Shown here in pieces: positions 63,797 to 64,000 of a DNA stretch of 64,000 bases; position 1 is the stretch's first letter; each line of letters opens with the position of its first letter. Source of the stretch: a virus (taxonomy: Duplodnaviria; Caudoviricetes); the IMG/VR virus record IMGVR_UViG_2857089846_000001, positions 60,154 to 124,153 of that record. One strand, written 5' to 3'. Both the position numbers and the translations under genes were made by a program. The notes under the pieces are model-generated. The model was not told the DNA's origin, did no database searches, and saw only the letters and a list, made by a program, of their open reading frames with translations.

Positions 63797-64000
63797 ATGG
63801 CTCGCATCGTCTTTGCGCTGAACAAGTCGCTCACGGATGAGCAGATCACTGCCGTGTACGACCTTGCCGAGGAGTTCGAGGTCGGGGTCCATCTGTGGGG
63901 CAACACGCCCTCGCTCGCGCGTGACTCCTTCACCTGGGCGGTCGAGGGCAGCTTCCTCCAGATCCGCCGGTTCAAGCGGGCTCTGGAGGCAATGCACTGA
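63797..64000 (+). CDS. Hypothetical protein
   Basis: 67 aa, RBS AGGA, TGA at the window end. Confidence 0.6.
   Translation: MARIVFALNKSLTDEQITAVYDLAEEFEVGVHLWGNTPSLARDSFTWAVEGSFLQIRRFKRALEAMH

Larger units (their letters stand above)
1..64000. mobile_element. Phage-plasmid-like element (virion module plus ParAB/parS, TA, resolvase, TraB-like translocase); both ends lie outside the window
   Basis: Head and tail genes co-occur with plasmid maintenance and transfer genes. No housekeeping genes or att boundaries recognised. Confidence 0.7.

Noticed and set aside
1-64000. tRNA, rRNA or IS elements
   Set aside because: No cloverleaf, rRNA-like or transposase signatures recognised by eye; a covariance-model scan is needed to exclude small RNAs.

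Overview
High-GC actinobacterial (Streptomyces-like) DNA that reads as part of a phage-plasmid-like element. Positions 1-44.8 kb carry a leftward siphovirus morphogenesis region: distal tail, tape measure, tail chaperone with a -1 frameshift, major tail, neck proteins, HK97-type capsid, prohead protease fused to a 2H phosphoesterase, and portal fused to MuF. It is interrupted by a rightward parB-parA pair, a toxin-antitoxin pair and one giant ~7050-aa polyvalent gene (N6-MTase + SNF2 helicase + UvrD-like helicase + repeats). Positions 45-53.6 kb hold an FxLD class I lanthipeptide cluster with a divergent regulator. Positions 53.7-64 kb hold a Cre-like recombinase, an ECF sigma cassette, and DUF262, RusA-like and FtsK/TraB-like genes. 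Signals read directly from the sequence: seven 17-bp palindromes TGTTCCCCNGGGGAACA around parBA (candidate parS); a shared promoter architecture in front of 11 virion-region genes; a recurring E-x-K candidate maturation motif in head-associated proteins; and a TnpV-like gene nested in another frame inside the giant ORF. All family calls come from motifs recognised by eye; no searches were run.
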